Below the pieces are notes generated by a model, which was given only the letters and a program-made list of their open reading frames with translations, did not search any database and was not told the DNA's origin. A stretch of DNA of 63,996 nucleotides, filler included, from Guillardia theta CCMP2712 (lineage: Eukaryota > Protista > Cryptophyta): assembly GCF_000315625.1 (NCBI RefSeq). It is 7 parts of 7 records of this genome, joined end to end, with 100 filler letters (N's around TTAATTAATTAA, not from the genome) between each part and the next. Parts side by side here need not be neighbours in the genome. Positions count along the whole stretch, not along the records: positions 16,747 to 33,373 come from NW_005434332.1; positions 33,474 to 54,907 come from NW_005434547.1; 5 more parts are not named here. One strand, given 5' to 3'. Positions 22,948-34,103 of the stretch are shown here, one piece after another. The position numbers were made by a program, and so were the translations under genes. The stretch's first letter is position 1. Each line of letters opens with the position of its first letter.

Positions 22948-25900
22948 ATGATGCGAGGGGAGCACCGGAAAGTTATGGTGAAGGTAGAGGTGAAGGAAGA
23001 GGCGAAGGAAGAAGCAAGAGACGTCATGATGCAGGAGGGTAGCTCCACGGAACACACAGAGGACGGCCAACCATCGGGTCAGGAGCGAGAGTTGAAGAGG
23101 AGGAGGATCGATGGTTCTCGCTCAGATGACGAAACTGACGAATCTGCGGGAGAGGAGCATGAGGAGACTGAGGTCCCGAACTTCTACAGCACTAGGATCG
23201 TACAACTCAGGAATCTCCTCCAAGATATTGATGTGATGGTGCCCCAAAGCCGCAGACAGGAGCTAGGTGGGCTGACAGAGCTGTGCTTCCAACTCCAGCA
23301 GATGGTCCAGAAGTCGAAAGTCTGCTTGCTGGGAACGAACGGGGTTGGAAAAAGCTATCTGATCAACGTATGGCTCATGATAACCTCTTGCCTGCCATCC
23401 GAGTATGAGCAGTGGAATTGGAACCAGAAATCCTCGCTCATCCACGAAAACGTTAAATCATTCTTGGAGAAAACAGGCTTGACCAAGGATGATGTGAAGA
23501 GGATTGATGACACGACATCAAGTCGAACGAACGACATTGATGATATGATTGGTAGCCTGACCAACATCATTCACCCTGAGCGCACAGGACTCTCTGGTGA
23601 TGGCCAGGCTTACTTGTTGCCCAGTCAGGAGCTCGGCACCAGCAACACTACTTGCGCTATCACCTTGATTCACTCCAAGTGCTTTTGCATGCTTGTGGAG
23701 TACAGGAGCAAAGAGGAGCTACTGAAAGACGCGGACCAGTGGCTGCTGCAACCGAGGTGTAGGGAGTCGGAGCCTGACTATGACGACACGTTGCAGGAGG
23801 AAGAGATACAAAGCTGGATCGATCGATACAACGCTGTCGTTGCAGATCAGTACAGCGCTTCTGAATTTGGGATTGTCCCTGAGTATGTCAAAAGCATCGA
23901 TGATGTTCAGATGAAGCCAGAGCTTGAAAAACTCGCAGGTCGTCGGAACCTTTATGTAGGCAAAGGAAGAGATCTGCACAATGACAGAGCTTTCATCAGA
24001 GAGCTTCTGGTCAACCTTCAAAACAGTGAGGAGTTCAAAGTTGCCGTCAAGTCCGTCATAGTTGGTGTCCCCAGCGCGATTCTTGAGGAGGTGGATCAGC
24101 TGACAGACTGCCCAGGTGATGATTGTCTTGATTGGGAAGGTGCACGTAGCTGAGAAAATGTGCAGGTACGAACGAGAAGGATACTTTTTTGAAAGCTGCA
24201 ACAAGATCAGCAATCGAGGATCATGATGTGATCGTGATCCTTGCAGACAAGGCACTTCAAGCGCAAGAAAGCAGCATGAAACCACTTTGTAAGAGTGAGT
24301 TCTTGAAAAACATGGTGAGGCATCCAGAAAGGTTCAAAATTGTGGTCTTCTTCTGTAATGAGAACAGTAAAAATCTTGTCAAGTGGAGTCAACAAATCAT
24401 AGGAGATTCAGTTAAGGATCAGCCAAATCGTGAAGTTATGCTTTCAAAGAGCAAGGTCTACATGTATCAGATATTGGTGCAGGCATGTCAGAAAGCAAGG
24501 TTGGACAGAGTGATTGAAAGGGCCAAGGAAATCAGCGAATCGATTTTATACACTCACATCTATCCTTCCCTGTACGCTGCCATCGAGTTTGACAAGACGT
24601 GGCGAGATCAGAACGCACCTGAGCTGTCGCGCATCTTCAACTACATCGACAGCGAAACGATGATGGGAGTATTCCGGAAATTGCATGCCAGGAACCTGTC
24701 GAAAGCTGCGCCGAACCTCTTTGAACGAATTCAAACTTTCATGGACGAGCTCCTGAGGAATGAAAGCCAGGCAAGCGCAGTCAGTCCGGTGCAAGCAGAC
24801 ACGGCGCTGCTTGAAGGAGCTCGAGAGTTCAAGAAGCTGTTCAAGTTCCACTCACGTACAATCAAGCAAGTGAAGCAGAAGACACTGCCGCTCGTCGAGG
24901 GGCTTCGAAAACACTTTCTTGGGAGCGAACATGTCCCTGAACAAAGAAATCATCAAGTAGAAAAACTAGAAGATAGGATCAGAACGTTCATCAACAAGGA
25001 TCGCAACGGCGCTTTCGAGAAGAACTTCGTTGAATTCTTCAGTGCGTTAGTCGACGAACTTGACATCAGGGAGAACAACAAAGTCTGGATGTCGAGCAAG
25101 TGGGCCGGGAGGGGGGAAGAGTGTCACTTCTACCCTCAGATTTCTGGTTTCTTCGACGAGTCATTGCAATATGAACACCTCAAAGAAGTTCTCACACAAT
25201 TTCTGTCTGAGATGGTGGCAGATGGCATCAAAATGATGGAAGAATTCATGTCGGGGGATTTCTTCCCGGAGTACAAAAAGTCTGCAAACTTCCCGATGCT
25301 CTTGAAGCAATACATCAAAGAAACGCTGGTTGACGACCAGCTCGCTAAGGCGAAAGAAAGATTCTTCGATTTCGGCAGCGTGACCCAGAAACTGTCAAAA
25401 AGCAACTTCGAGACCAAGATCATCAGCGAAGCGACGCAGAAAGCAATCAAAAAGTACCTCAAGGAACTCGAGAAGGATCTGAAAACCTTGACTATCGTCG
25501 AGTACAAGGCGAACCTGAAGGCAGGAGCTCAACGCCTATTAGCTTATTTCTCGGATTTGTGTTTGGAACAGCTGATGAAGAAGGCAGAGTACGCGTATAC
25601 CCTCCTCGTGTCACGCTTCATTACTCTGAGCAAGAGAAACCAACCGCCCAGGATCTCCTTTCCCATCGCTTGCTACGAGTTCGCCACCTACGTGCTTACT
25701 AACTCTGGGGAAGACTGCAAGCCCTTGACCCAGGACGTGATCGACCTCCCGACCATCTGCAGGCAGATGACGGAGTGCATCCCGCGCACGCAAGCTGACA
25801 AGTACGAGGAGGTAGTTGGGAGGGAAGTCGCAGAGGCCATGGCCAGGAGGAGGATGCACAGAGAGCTGGACGGCAGTCAGCGAGAGCACGGAAACCTCCT

Positions 25901-27158
25901 GCTGGGTCCAAGCTTGAAGCCTATCAAGGATAGGGTGTCACAATCTGCTACGATGCTACAACTGCCTCTTGCCATCGAGGCCGACAAGGTGGAGGACATG
26001 CTGAGGGAGCTCAAGCAGAACAAGCTCAAGGTCTGGCCGAGCACGGAGAAAGTGAACGCAGGAGAGAGCGGGAGCATGTGTCTGTTCGAGGCCATCGCTC
26101 ACAACAGGTGGGAAGGTGAGATGCACTTGAAGGAGAAGATGATGCAGCTGAAGATTCTTTTCTGCCTTGAGATGTCGAGGAGCAACGAGACAGCTGAAAG
26201 TAGAGCAGAGTTCGCGGAGACATACCGCCACGTCATCCCCCAGCATCTCGACTGGAAGCGAGACTGGAAGTCATACCTGCAGGAGGCGGAGAAGGACGAC
26301 TGGGCTGGCGACTTCTTGTGCTTGGCGGTCTTGATGGAGAGGCTGTTCAAGCAGCCCTGTAACGCCCTCGTCTGGTGCCCAGGAATGCCGAGCGTGCTCA
26401 AGACAAACGACAAGTTGGAGCCCTACTATCGCTTCGCTGTCTTGTCGCAGGAGAACGGGCACTATGACTTCAGGATGGTGACGTCCAAGGACAGGAGGCT
26501 GGAGGAGCCGCAGAACCAGGAGGAGCTGCAGGGCGCGGAAGAGCCACAGGAGAAGGGGAGAGAGAGGTACACCCTCAGGTCGCGAGCCCCGTCAGCAATG
26601 CTGCTCTTCACCTTCAAGGTGCTGGAGTGCGATCGCTTCGAGGACCTGTGCAGCATGGCGTTGGAGCTTGGCATCAAGATCCACATCCCCAGGTCCCAGC
26701 TGCTAGCCATCGATAAGGACCGGCCGGGCTCACAGAGGATGACAGATCTGAACATGTACATCAAGGAGATGTGCGTCAAGAAATCGTCGCTCTTCCAAGT
26801 CGGAAAGCCAGGACAACATCGAAAACGACGAGACATCGAGGAGGACCCGTCGCTGGATCAGCTCGTCAGACTAGCGCAGTTGCTGCAGAACGATGAAGTC
26901 GTCATCGTGGTAGCCGAAGAGGACGAGAAGGTCTACGGAGACTGCATGAAGGCCAGGGTCCCAGTGTTTCCCTCAGGCTTCGGTAGCAGGCGAGGCCGTA
27001 CTGGCTCGGGAGCAGTCAGCATGTCTGACTTGCTCCAGAGATTGCAGAGCCGCTCGCCTGAGGCTCCAGCAGACCGTGTGAAGTTCCTGCAGGAGCAGTG
27101 GGACGAGAAGTGCGGGAAGAAGCGGAAGATTTCACAAGAAGGAGCTGCTGGCTGCTGA
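22948..27158 (+). CDS. Dynamin-superfamily (NUGGC/SLIP-GC-like) GTPase with helical region, OTU-like protease and PIN-like C-terminus (~1386 aa; one intron 24116-24165)
   Basis: G1 GTNGVGKS, G2-like LLPSQELGTSNTT, and G3 LTDCPG spliced to TNEKD by a 50-nt GT..AG intron that joins the two long ORFs in frame. OTU-like SMCLFEAIAH..WAGDF..NGHYDF. Confidence 0.8.
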
Positions 27159-27972
27159 CTCTAAGACAAACCTTAGAGACACAAGAGGAACAGTAGTCCG
27201 TTTCACTAACTGTGTGCAGACTCTCATTTAAGACGGCAATAAGAGTTGAAAGCTGCTGCTGAGTCTACAATGAACAATTAAACAACAATCACAACATGAG
27301 TCTGACGATGACTGACTGTTGCAACTGCGCTCTGGGTACTTGAGTACTTGAAACGGTCACAATCCCTGGCCGCCCCGCCGCCCAGGCACTGCTGCAGGCC
27401 CCGGCGGGCCCCGGGCCCGCGACTCGGTCTGACGGTCCGGGCCCTCTGCCGACTCGATCACCCGACTCGGACTGGCAGTGACTAAGAGAGTCACTATTGA
27501 GGCGGGCCTTGCGTGTCCCTCTGAGTGACGCCCCCTTGTCGACCGTTGGTTCTCTATGGGTGGGTACTCAAGCAGAGGGGTATATTTAACGACAAAGCTT
27601 TTACAAATGACGGGGTGGGGGTGAGTTGATTGGTGGAAGTGGGTGGGTAGGGTAGGATCACCAGGATTTTGACCGGGTAACAGTTCTAATCAATTTTTTC
27701 GGCGCACTAAAACAGATAGATTTCGAAATTTTAAAAGTATGTATGGTGCACTGACAAAAAAGTTGCAAAATTTTAATGATTGACAGTGCAACCTGCAATG
27801 TACCGGTACTATCCAGCCCATTGGATGGGCAGGAGTGGGTGGTACTGCATTCACAACGTTATTTTGTCAAAATAATTGTGCAAAGCGCACTCCAAGGTAG
27901 CACCACGCAATAATGCTGACTCATGGTGACATTGAGTAAACATTTTTGTATCGAACCAGAACTGCCCGAAAA

Positions 27973-30747
27973 ATGCAATCCAGCAGAGCAAATGATGCCA
28001 TGTTGCAGGAGCGACAACGACGACAAGAAAGGGCATTTGACCTGATAGAGAACAAAGTCATCGCTGATAGTACAAAGAAAGTTTACCGATGCAAGATCAA
28101 TAGGATCGTGCGTCTGTTACTCAAAGTGAACCCCAGGGCTGTCGACGAGGACGGCGAATTGATACTCCCAATGGCATGGAAAGATTTGAAGAGTTTGTTT
28201 GGAGACCTTGTCACCAATACTGACTTACCAAAATCTAGAAGGAGAAGAGGAGGTCAAGAGCAGGAAGAGCAGGAAGAGCAGGAAGAGCAGGAAGAGCAGG
28301 AAGAGCAGGAAGAGCAGGAAGAGCAGGAAGAGCAGGAAGAGCAGGAAGAGCAGGAAGAGCAGGAAGAGCAGGAAGAGCAGGAAGAGCAGGAAGAGCAGGA
28401 AGAGCAGGAAGAGCAGGAAGAGCAGGAAGAGCAGGAAGAGCAGGAAGAGCAGGAAGAGCAGGAAGAGCAGGAAGAGCAGGAAGATCAGGAAGAGCAGGAA
28501 GATCAGGAAGATCAGGAAGACGACGATCAGGAAGACGAAGATCAGGAAGACGACGGAGATCATGAGGATGAGGAAGAGCAGCAAGATGATCCGCATAACG
28601 TACACGAGGGTGAGAACGAGGACATTTCAGGATACCAGGCAAGCAAGAGAACGCTGTCGTTAGGAGCACTGCAGGGGTACAAGAGTGCGTTGAAAGCATA
28701 TTACAGAGACAGAAATGTAGCTTTTGACGCGACTGGAATGCCATCGGGCAGTACTTTAAACGACCGGCTCAGTCGACTCATCAAAGGTTATGGAAGGGTG
28801 GTTACTCAAAAGAAATCCACGGGAGTGATGAAATTGAAAGAAGGCAAAAGTGTCTTGGCAGTGAGAGAGTATGGAATTATTTGTGAAAAGATGACCCAGA
28901 TACGTTCAGACACTATGGCACGAGAAATAGGATCAACAGGCTTGTTCGGATTTGCTGGTACCACGATCATGTGGAACTGTTGCTGTAGAAGCGAAACTTT
29001 AGACATTCTACATCTTGAACACTTTGATTGGGAGAACGACTGCTTGAAGCTGACAATATTGAAGACCAAGATGGACCAAGGGGGTGTTGACGCCGACATT
29101 TTTTCTCCCAGAACAAGGCACATATTTGCAGCACCCAACAAACCTATGTCTTGTCCTATCTTGGCCATTGCTTTGTATGCGTTTTCCCAAACCAGAATGA
29201 GGATAAGTCACACCAAATTTTTTCTGGGAAACGACCAGAAGCAGAGGTTTGGCCAAGTCTTGAGAAGGGTATTGTCCACAGAGGACATGCAGGAGGAAGT
29301 ATGGAGGGATGTTGGTAAGTGCTAGCCTGAGGAAGTCTTGAGACTGAGATTGAAATGTGCAGGTTCGCACAGTTTTAGGAAGGGGAGCGTGACGCATCTA
29401 CTAGGCATTCCGGGAGGACCAGTCAGTACATCAATATTTCAACGAGCCAGCTGGTCCTTAGGCAACACCAAGGACAGGTACATCGGAACAGTGGAACCAG
29501 GCAATGATCAATACTGTGGGCGTATTCTAGCAGGGAACAACACCAAGAGCGAGAATTTCGATGTGTTACCTCCTCATTTCACAAGAGAAGGTCTGGCAAG
29601 AATCAACGATATTGGTATGCACAAGTTCATTGATGGATACGACACGTTCCCGGACAGCTACAAGAGATGTTTACCAATGTTCCTTGCGCAGATAGTGTAC
29701 CATCTGGACCGTCTCAAAGACATGTTTCCAAGTCACCACTTCCTATGGGGGTCACCTGTTTTTGCAGTGAAAGGCTCAAGAACAATGCAATTTTTACAAG
29801 AATTGAAAGAGCATCATATCAGTGTTTGTCGCGGGGAATGCGAAGAATGCGGTATGACCTGCAGTGGAGTTCCGATGCACGTGATGAATGTGGCTGAAAT
29901 CAGGAAGCTGCGAGAGAGTCAAGAACAGGGAACAAAGCTGTTGCACGATACAGTGTTGAATGTTTCAACTTCGCTACCGCAAGACATTTACGAGCTGATC
30001 ATTAGAAACTTTGAGGTGAACGGAGCCATTCCACTAGCTCAACGAGATCTGGAAAAGCTGCGGGAGGATCTGACATCCATGATGAATACAGGATTCAGTG
30101 AAATCATGCAAGGACTTCTGACGTCGAGACTCAGGATGCAGGGTCCTGAGGAACTGACAGGGAGAGGGGGTGGAGGGGAACTGCCAATTATTGACGACAG
30201 GACAGGCATACTGATTGAAGGCGAAACGTTTACATGGGGGGGGATGCAACATCCTGTACCTCAAGGTTTTATTTTCCCTCAGAAGACGCCGTGCAAAAGT
30301 ATGTGGCAGAAATGGCACCTAGGGCAAGAGGAGAAGATTAATGGAGAATGGAAGCGTATTGGTCCACTCAAACGTTTGGAAGGAACAGATCTAGTGTGTG
30401 CCAACATGAAGAAGAACCTTTGCAAAGCAAAAGCAGTCATGTTGGCCATCGAGGTAATGGGCAGAAGACTTGCAAATTTGAGTACTGATATTGGGATCGA
30501 CCATGAGAACTATTCAGAGTGCTTCAATCATGGTTACGTTGAACTTGTCAAGGAGAAGTATGGACCGAATGCATGGAAAAAACAGAGAAAAAGATTCACC
30601 GAGCTTTCATACACGACTATGTACAAAAGGTTATGTCGGAGCAACACAGGCCGAAAGAACAAGAGGAAGAGGAATGCGGTTGCCAACCGTGACGAAGGTG
30701 TACGACGGTGCGTGTGGACATGTTACATTGCAATGGACAGTGACTGA
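27973..30747 (+). CDS. Crypton-type tyrosine recombinase (~908 aa; intron 29315-29362)
   Basis: Catalytic set CCRSET (R), KTKMDQ (K), GSHSFRKG (HxxR), RASWSLG (W) and KDRYI (Y). The C-terminal WGG.QHPVPQGFIFP..MWQKWHLG..IGPLKRL resembles CryptonS/GCR1_C-like tails. The intron joins ORFs 27946..29325 and 29338..30747 in frame. Confidence 0.88.
28258..28520 (+). repeat. In-frame 9-bp repeat (GAGCAGGAA)n encoding (EQE)n, about 25 perfect copies plus GAT variants
   Basis: Directly visible. Confidence 0.95.
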
Positions 30748-31270
30748 CTTTGTGTAGGGTAAGAAGAATTGACGCTGCTCGAAGCCTGACCCAACAGACT
30801 CATTCTCCACTTCATTCAGACGTTGACATGGAGAGCAGCGATTGACATGCAATAGCCTACCGGACTGTAAGATGACTTACAACCAAGTCAGTGTAATATT
30901 GGTATAAACTGCGCAGATGTGTTTGCATACAACGATTATGTCTCACCCGCCTTTCACCATTTTTTCGGCTAAGTCACATACAACTTGATTATAAAGAATA
31001 ATCCAGTACTGATTTGTACCAGTTTTGGAAAACACTCATCATGATTTGTACCGTCCTGAAATGTGTTCCTTGTACCAATCTTTGTACCAAAATATTTAGT
31101 CAATATCTTTAAAACTAGTGCTATAAGCTGTGCACTCACAACAAGGTCTGTTTAGTTTCTAGGGTGTAGGTTTTTCTCTACCACGATCTCAGCTGAGCAA
31201 CTCAGACTGGCAGTGCAGCCTCCACTCGCTGCTCACGACGCCATCGCGCCTCTCTACCAGCCACATGCAC

Positions 31271-33163
31271 TCAAGCTTGCTTGTCCCGAGAGAGGAAGAA
31301 GGACGTGAAAGCCAGCTGAGCCTGCTGCTTCATCCAGGACTGATCGCCAAAGCGGTAGTCACAACCTTGAGGCTTGTTGGGAGGCACAAAATCCTCCTCC
31401 TTGATGGGATAGAGCACAACGCGCACGTCATCCCTGGAAGGAAAGATGCTGAACAAGTAATCGACTTCATGATTGTAGCACGAGCTGACGAGACACTGCG
31501 AGCAGAAACTGCCGAGGATGAGCGTCGACTTGGCAGGCAAGAACACTGAGATCATGGAGGCAGCTCCTCCTGGAGAAACTAACAGGAAGGAGCGAGAGAC
31601 CATCTCAACCTGCTCAGCAAAAGCCAGGAGGCTCAGATCATGTAGCAACACCCTTGTCGAAGCATTGCCAAGGGCATCTTGCACAGAACCTCTGACTTGT
31701 TCCATGTTGGTGACCCTTTTTCGCAGACCAGGCTTCTTCAAGATGATCAGAGCATGGTACGTCTCACTCCCTGTACGAGAGAACGAATGTATCAAAGTCG
31801 AGCGGAAACGCTTCCACAGAGGACGTGGGATCAGTTTGTTTCCTCCAGAGTAAGCGAAGAGACCATACTTGCAGTTGGAGGAGATCAGAGTCTCGAAGCA
31901 CACGGGATGTCGCATCGCCTTGACATAGATCACTGACTTGGCGAGCTCCGGCAAGATGCGTTGGCTCATCCTGTCACAATCAGCAGCTGAGTACTCGAAC
32001 AGACTCGCTCCGTCATCGCAAAGGTCGTCAACGACGATGTTTTCTGGAAGCGAGACATTTGGTATCATTGTGTACAAGGAGATGAAGGCAGGAACAATGG
32101 AATCCAAAAGAAAGTGCCCGAAGTTCCCGGCTGAGTATCTGCGCAGGAAGATGGAGGGCCCCGGAACCCACTGAGATCGACGAGGAAGCGTCAGCGAGGT
32201 CTCACTCTCCACTACCCACGCGTGCCTCTCGTCCGAGTCGTCGCAGCGACCTAGTCCAGCCCCCACGAACTGTGCGTCCTCACCCGCGTACATCACGTAG
32301 CGTCCGTGCACGTGACAGACCTGCGAGGCAGCACAAGAGCTTGTCTGCCATGCCGACGGTCCTCTCTCGCACTCCCAGCCTGCTGCATGCCCAGGAAGAC
32401 TCCAGGACCCCGAGGCTTGGTCCAAGACCCGCGACTGCCAGAAGCGAACGGCATAGAAAGCCTGTAGCTCGGCGACGTCTGCAGGCTCAGGAGAATCCTC
32501 GAGCTGGTTGAGCGAGGGCTTGTCAAATATTGCTTCCAGCTCCTCCACATTGCTGGGGTCGACAGGGACTCTCCTCTTGTGCAAGTAGATTGACATCCAC
32601 TGATCTCCTGCTCGCCTCGCTGGAAACGCGATAGGAAACGCGCGGAGCTGAGCGAGGACATGTCTGCGCATGAGCAACCCGAAACGACCAGCAACCATCC
32701 CCCCGCTCGAGTTGCGCTGCAAGTGTCGGTGCCGATTCTGAAGGACCAGGGAAGAAGGGGAGACGTCGGAGAGCATGCGGCCGATCAGTGTCGGGTGAAA
32801 CTCTTGCTCGTCATCCGTGAAGAAGATCCATGCATCGTCATAGGCTGATGCTGTCGCTTCGAGACTCGTCAGGTACCGCGCCGGAGCTCCGACGTCCTCT
32901 CCCCATGTGACAGAGATGTTGCGTTCCTTGCTCAACCCGCCGTCGTCATTCAGAGCTCCCCAGTCGGAGTAGACGCGGCTCAAGCACACGAAGACATGCA
33001 GTACTTGAGGGGCGAGCGAGCGAGCGACTCGTCGGCACTGACCTGACGCGACCCGTGGAGGGATGCAGGCAATGCTTGCGACCACTCGAGGAGGCGCACA
33101 AGAGAAAGAGCCCTCCATGCCTGCCGTCACCACCAGAAAACTGTCGCCTAGAACCTCCTTCAC
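31271..33163 (-). CDS. Two-domain glycosyltransferase: GT-A-like N-domain + GT61 (DUF563)-like C-domain; 5' end probably incomplete
   Basis: 630-aa ORF with VVASIACIPPRV..WIFFTDDEQ (DD motif), GNFGHFLLDSIVPAF, RKRVTNMEQ, and LAFAEQVEMVSRSFLLVSPGGAASMISVFLP. Confidence 0.7.
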   Translation of the reverse strand: MKEVLGDSFLVVTAGMEGSFSCAPPRVVASIACIPPRVASGQCRRVARSLAPQVLHVFVCLSRVYSDWGALNDDGGLSKERNISVTWGEDVGAPARYLTSLEATASAYDDAWIFFTDDEQEFHPTLIGRMLSDVSPSSLVLQNRHRHLQRNSSGGMVAGRFGLLMRRHVLAQLRAFPIAFPARRAGDQWMSIYLHKRRVPVDPSNVEELEAIFDKPSLNQLEDSPEPADVAELQAFYAVRFWQSRVLDQASGSWSLPGHAAGWECERGPSAWQTSSCAASQVCHVHGRYVMYAGEDAQFVGAGLGRCDDSDERHAWVVESETSLTLPRRSQWVPGPSIFLRRYSAGNFGHFLLDSIVPAFISLYTMIPNVSLPENIVVDDLCDDGASLFEYSAADCDRMSQRILPELAKSVIYVKAMRHPVCFETLISSNCKYGLFAYSGGNKLIPRPLWKRFRSTLIHSFSRTGSETYHALIILKKPGLRKRVTNMEQVRGSVQDALGNASTRVLLHDLSLLAFAEQVEMVSRSFLLVSPGGAASMISVFLPAKSTLILGSFCSQCLVSSCYNHEVDYLFSIFPSRDDVRVVLYPIKEEDFVPPNKPQGCDYRFGDQSWMKQQAQLAFTSFFLSRDKQA

Positions 33164-33373
33164 ACATGAAATAGAATCTCTTACACAAGAGGATACAGCA
33201 GGGAGGGAGGGAGCGAGCGAGCGAGCAAGGGAGGGGAGAGGGAGGGACGGAGGGAGGGAGGGACGGAGGGAGGGACGGAGGGAGGCGGAGCGAGGCGTAG
33301 GGAGGGAGGGAGGGAGGGAGGAGGGAGGGAGGGAGGCGTAGGGAGGGAGGGAGGAAGGCGGAGGGAGGGAGGC

Positions 33374-33473
33374 NNNNNNNNNNNNNNNNNNNNNNNNNNN
33401 NNNNNNNNNNNNNNNNNTTAATTAATTAANNNNNNNNNNNNNNNNNNNNNNNNNNNNNNNNNNNNNNNNNNNN
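33374..33473. other. Artificial scaffold-joining spacer
   Basis: TTAATTAATTAA at 33418-33429. Confidence 0.97.
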
Positions 33474-33967
33474 CCGTCCCCTCCGTCCCCTCCCGTCCCA
33501 CCCCCCCCTCCCTCCCTCGACATTTCAAGGACCGTGCGCATTTTTTACCTACTTTGTCAGTATCCAGACTTCAACCAAGTGTTTTGCAATAATCCATCTC
33601 TCTTGGCCCGTTTGATACCTCTGCGGCTGTGAAGATTTGGTGGAAGGCATCGTGTCACATTAATCTGTACAGTGCTGGCCAATCCAAGTCAGATAAGATG
33701 GAAAAAGAATTTACCATAAGGGTGCAACATCCCCTCACAATTCACTTCTACACCTGCATTCAGAAACGGAAAGGCAGGTTGTTCTTGGCTCATGGCAACA
33801 AACGCAGGCAGTTGCTTGCAGCGAACGAAACAACGAAAATGGAGCAAGCATCTCTCCCAAAATATCCTGATTTCACACTGAGGAACATTCTGGGAGTGCA
33901 ACAGCGACTGAAAACCCAAAGGGAGACAGTACAGTCACTGAACGATGAATCAAGAAAAGAAATTTGA

Positions 33968-34103
33968 CGAGATGAGATGAGTTCAGATCAGATCAGATCA
34001 GATCAGATCAGATCAGATCAGATGAGATGAGTTCAGATCAGATCAGATCAGATCAGATCAGATCAGATCAGATCAGATCAGATCAGATCAGATCAGATCA
34101 GAT
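33968..34103. repeat. (GATCA)n/(GATGA)n pentanucleotide microsatellite
   Basis: Directly visible. Confidence 0.95.

Larger units (their letters stand above)
27540..31190 (+). mobile_element. Crypton-like DNA transposon (ends approximate)
   Basis: Intact YR gene in a visibly lower-GC, microsatellite-poor block with AT-rich flanks; termini not resolved. Confidence 0.65.

Noticed and set aside
22831-27158. Treating ORFs 22831..24153 and 24189..27158, or 27946..29325 and 29338..30747, as separate or broken genes
   Set aside because: Single 48-50-nt GT-AG introns join each pair in frame at conserved motifs (DCPG|T and G|SHSFRKG).
33629-33967. 112-aa ORF near the scaffold start
   Set aside because: No recognisable motif and no supporting gene structure.
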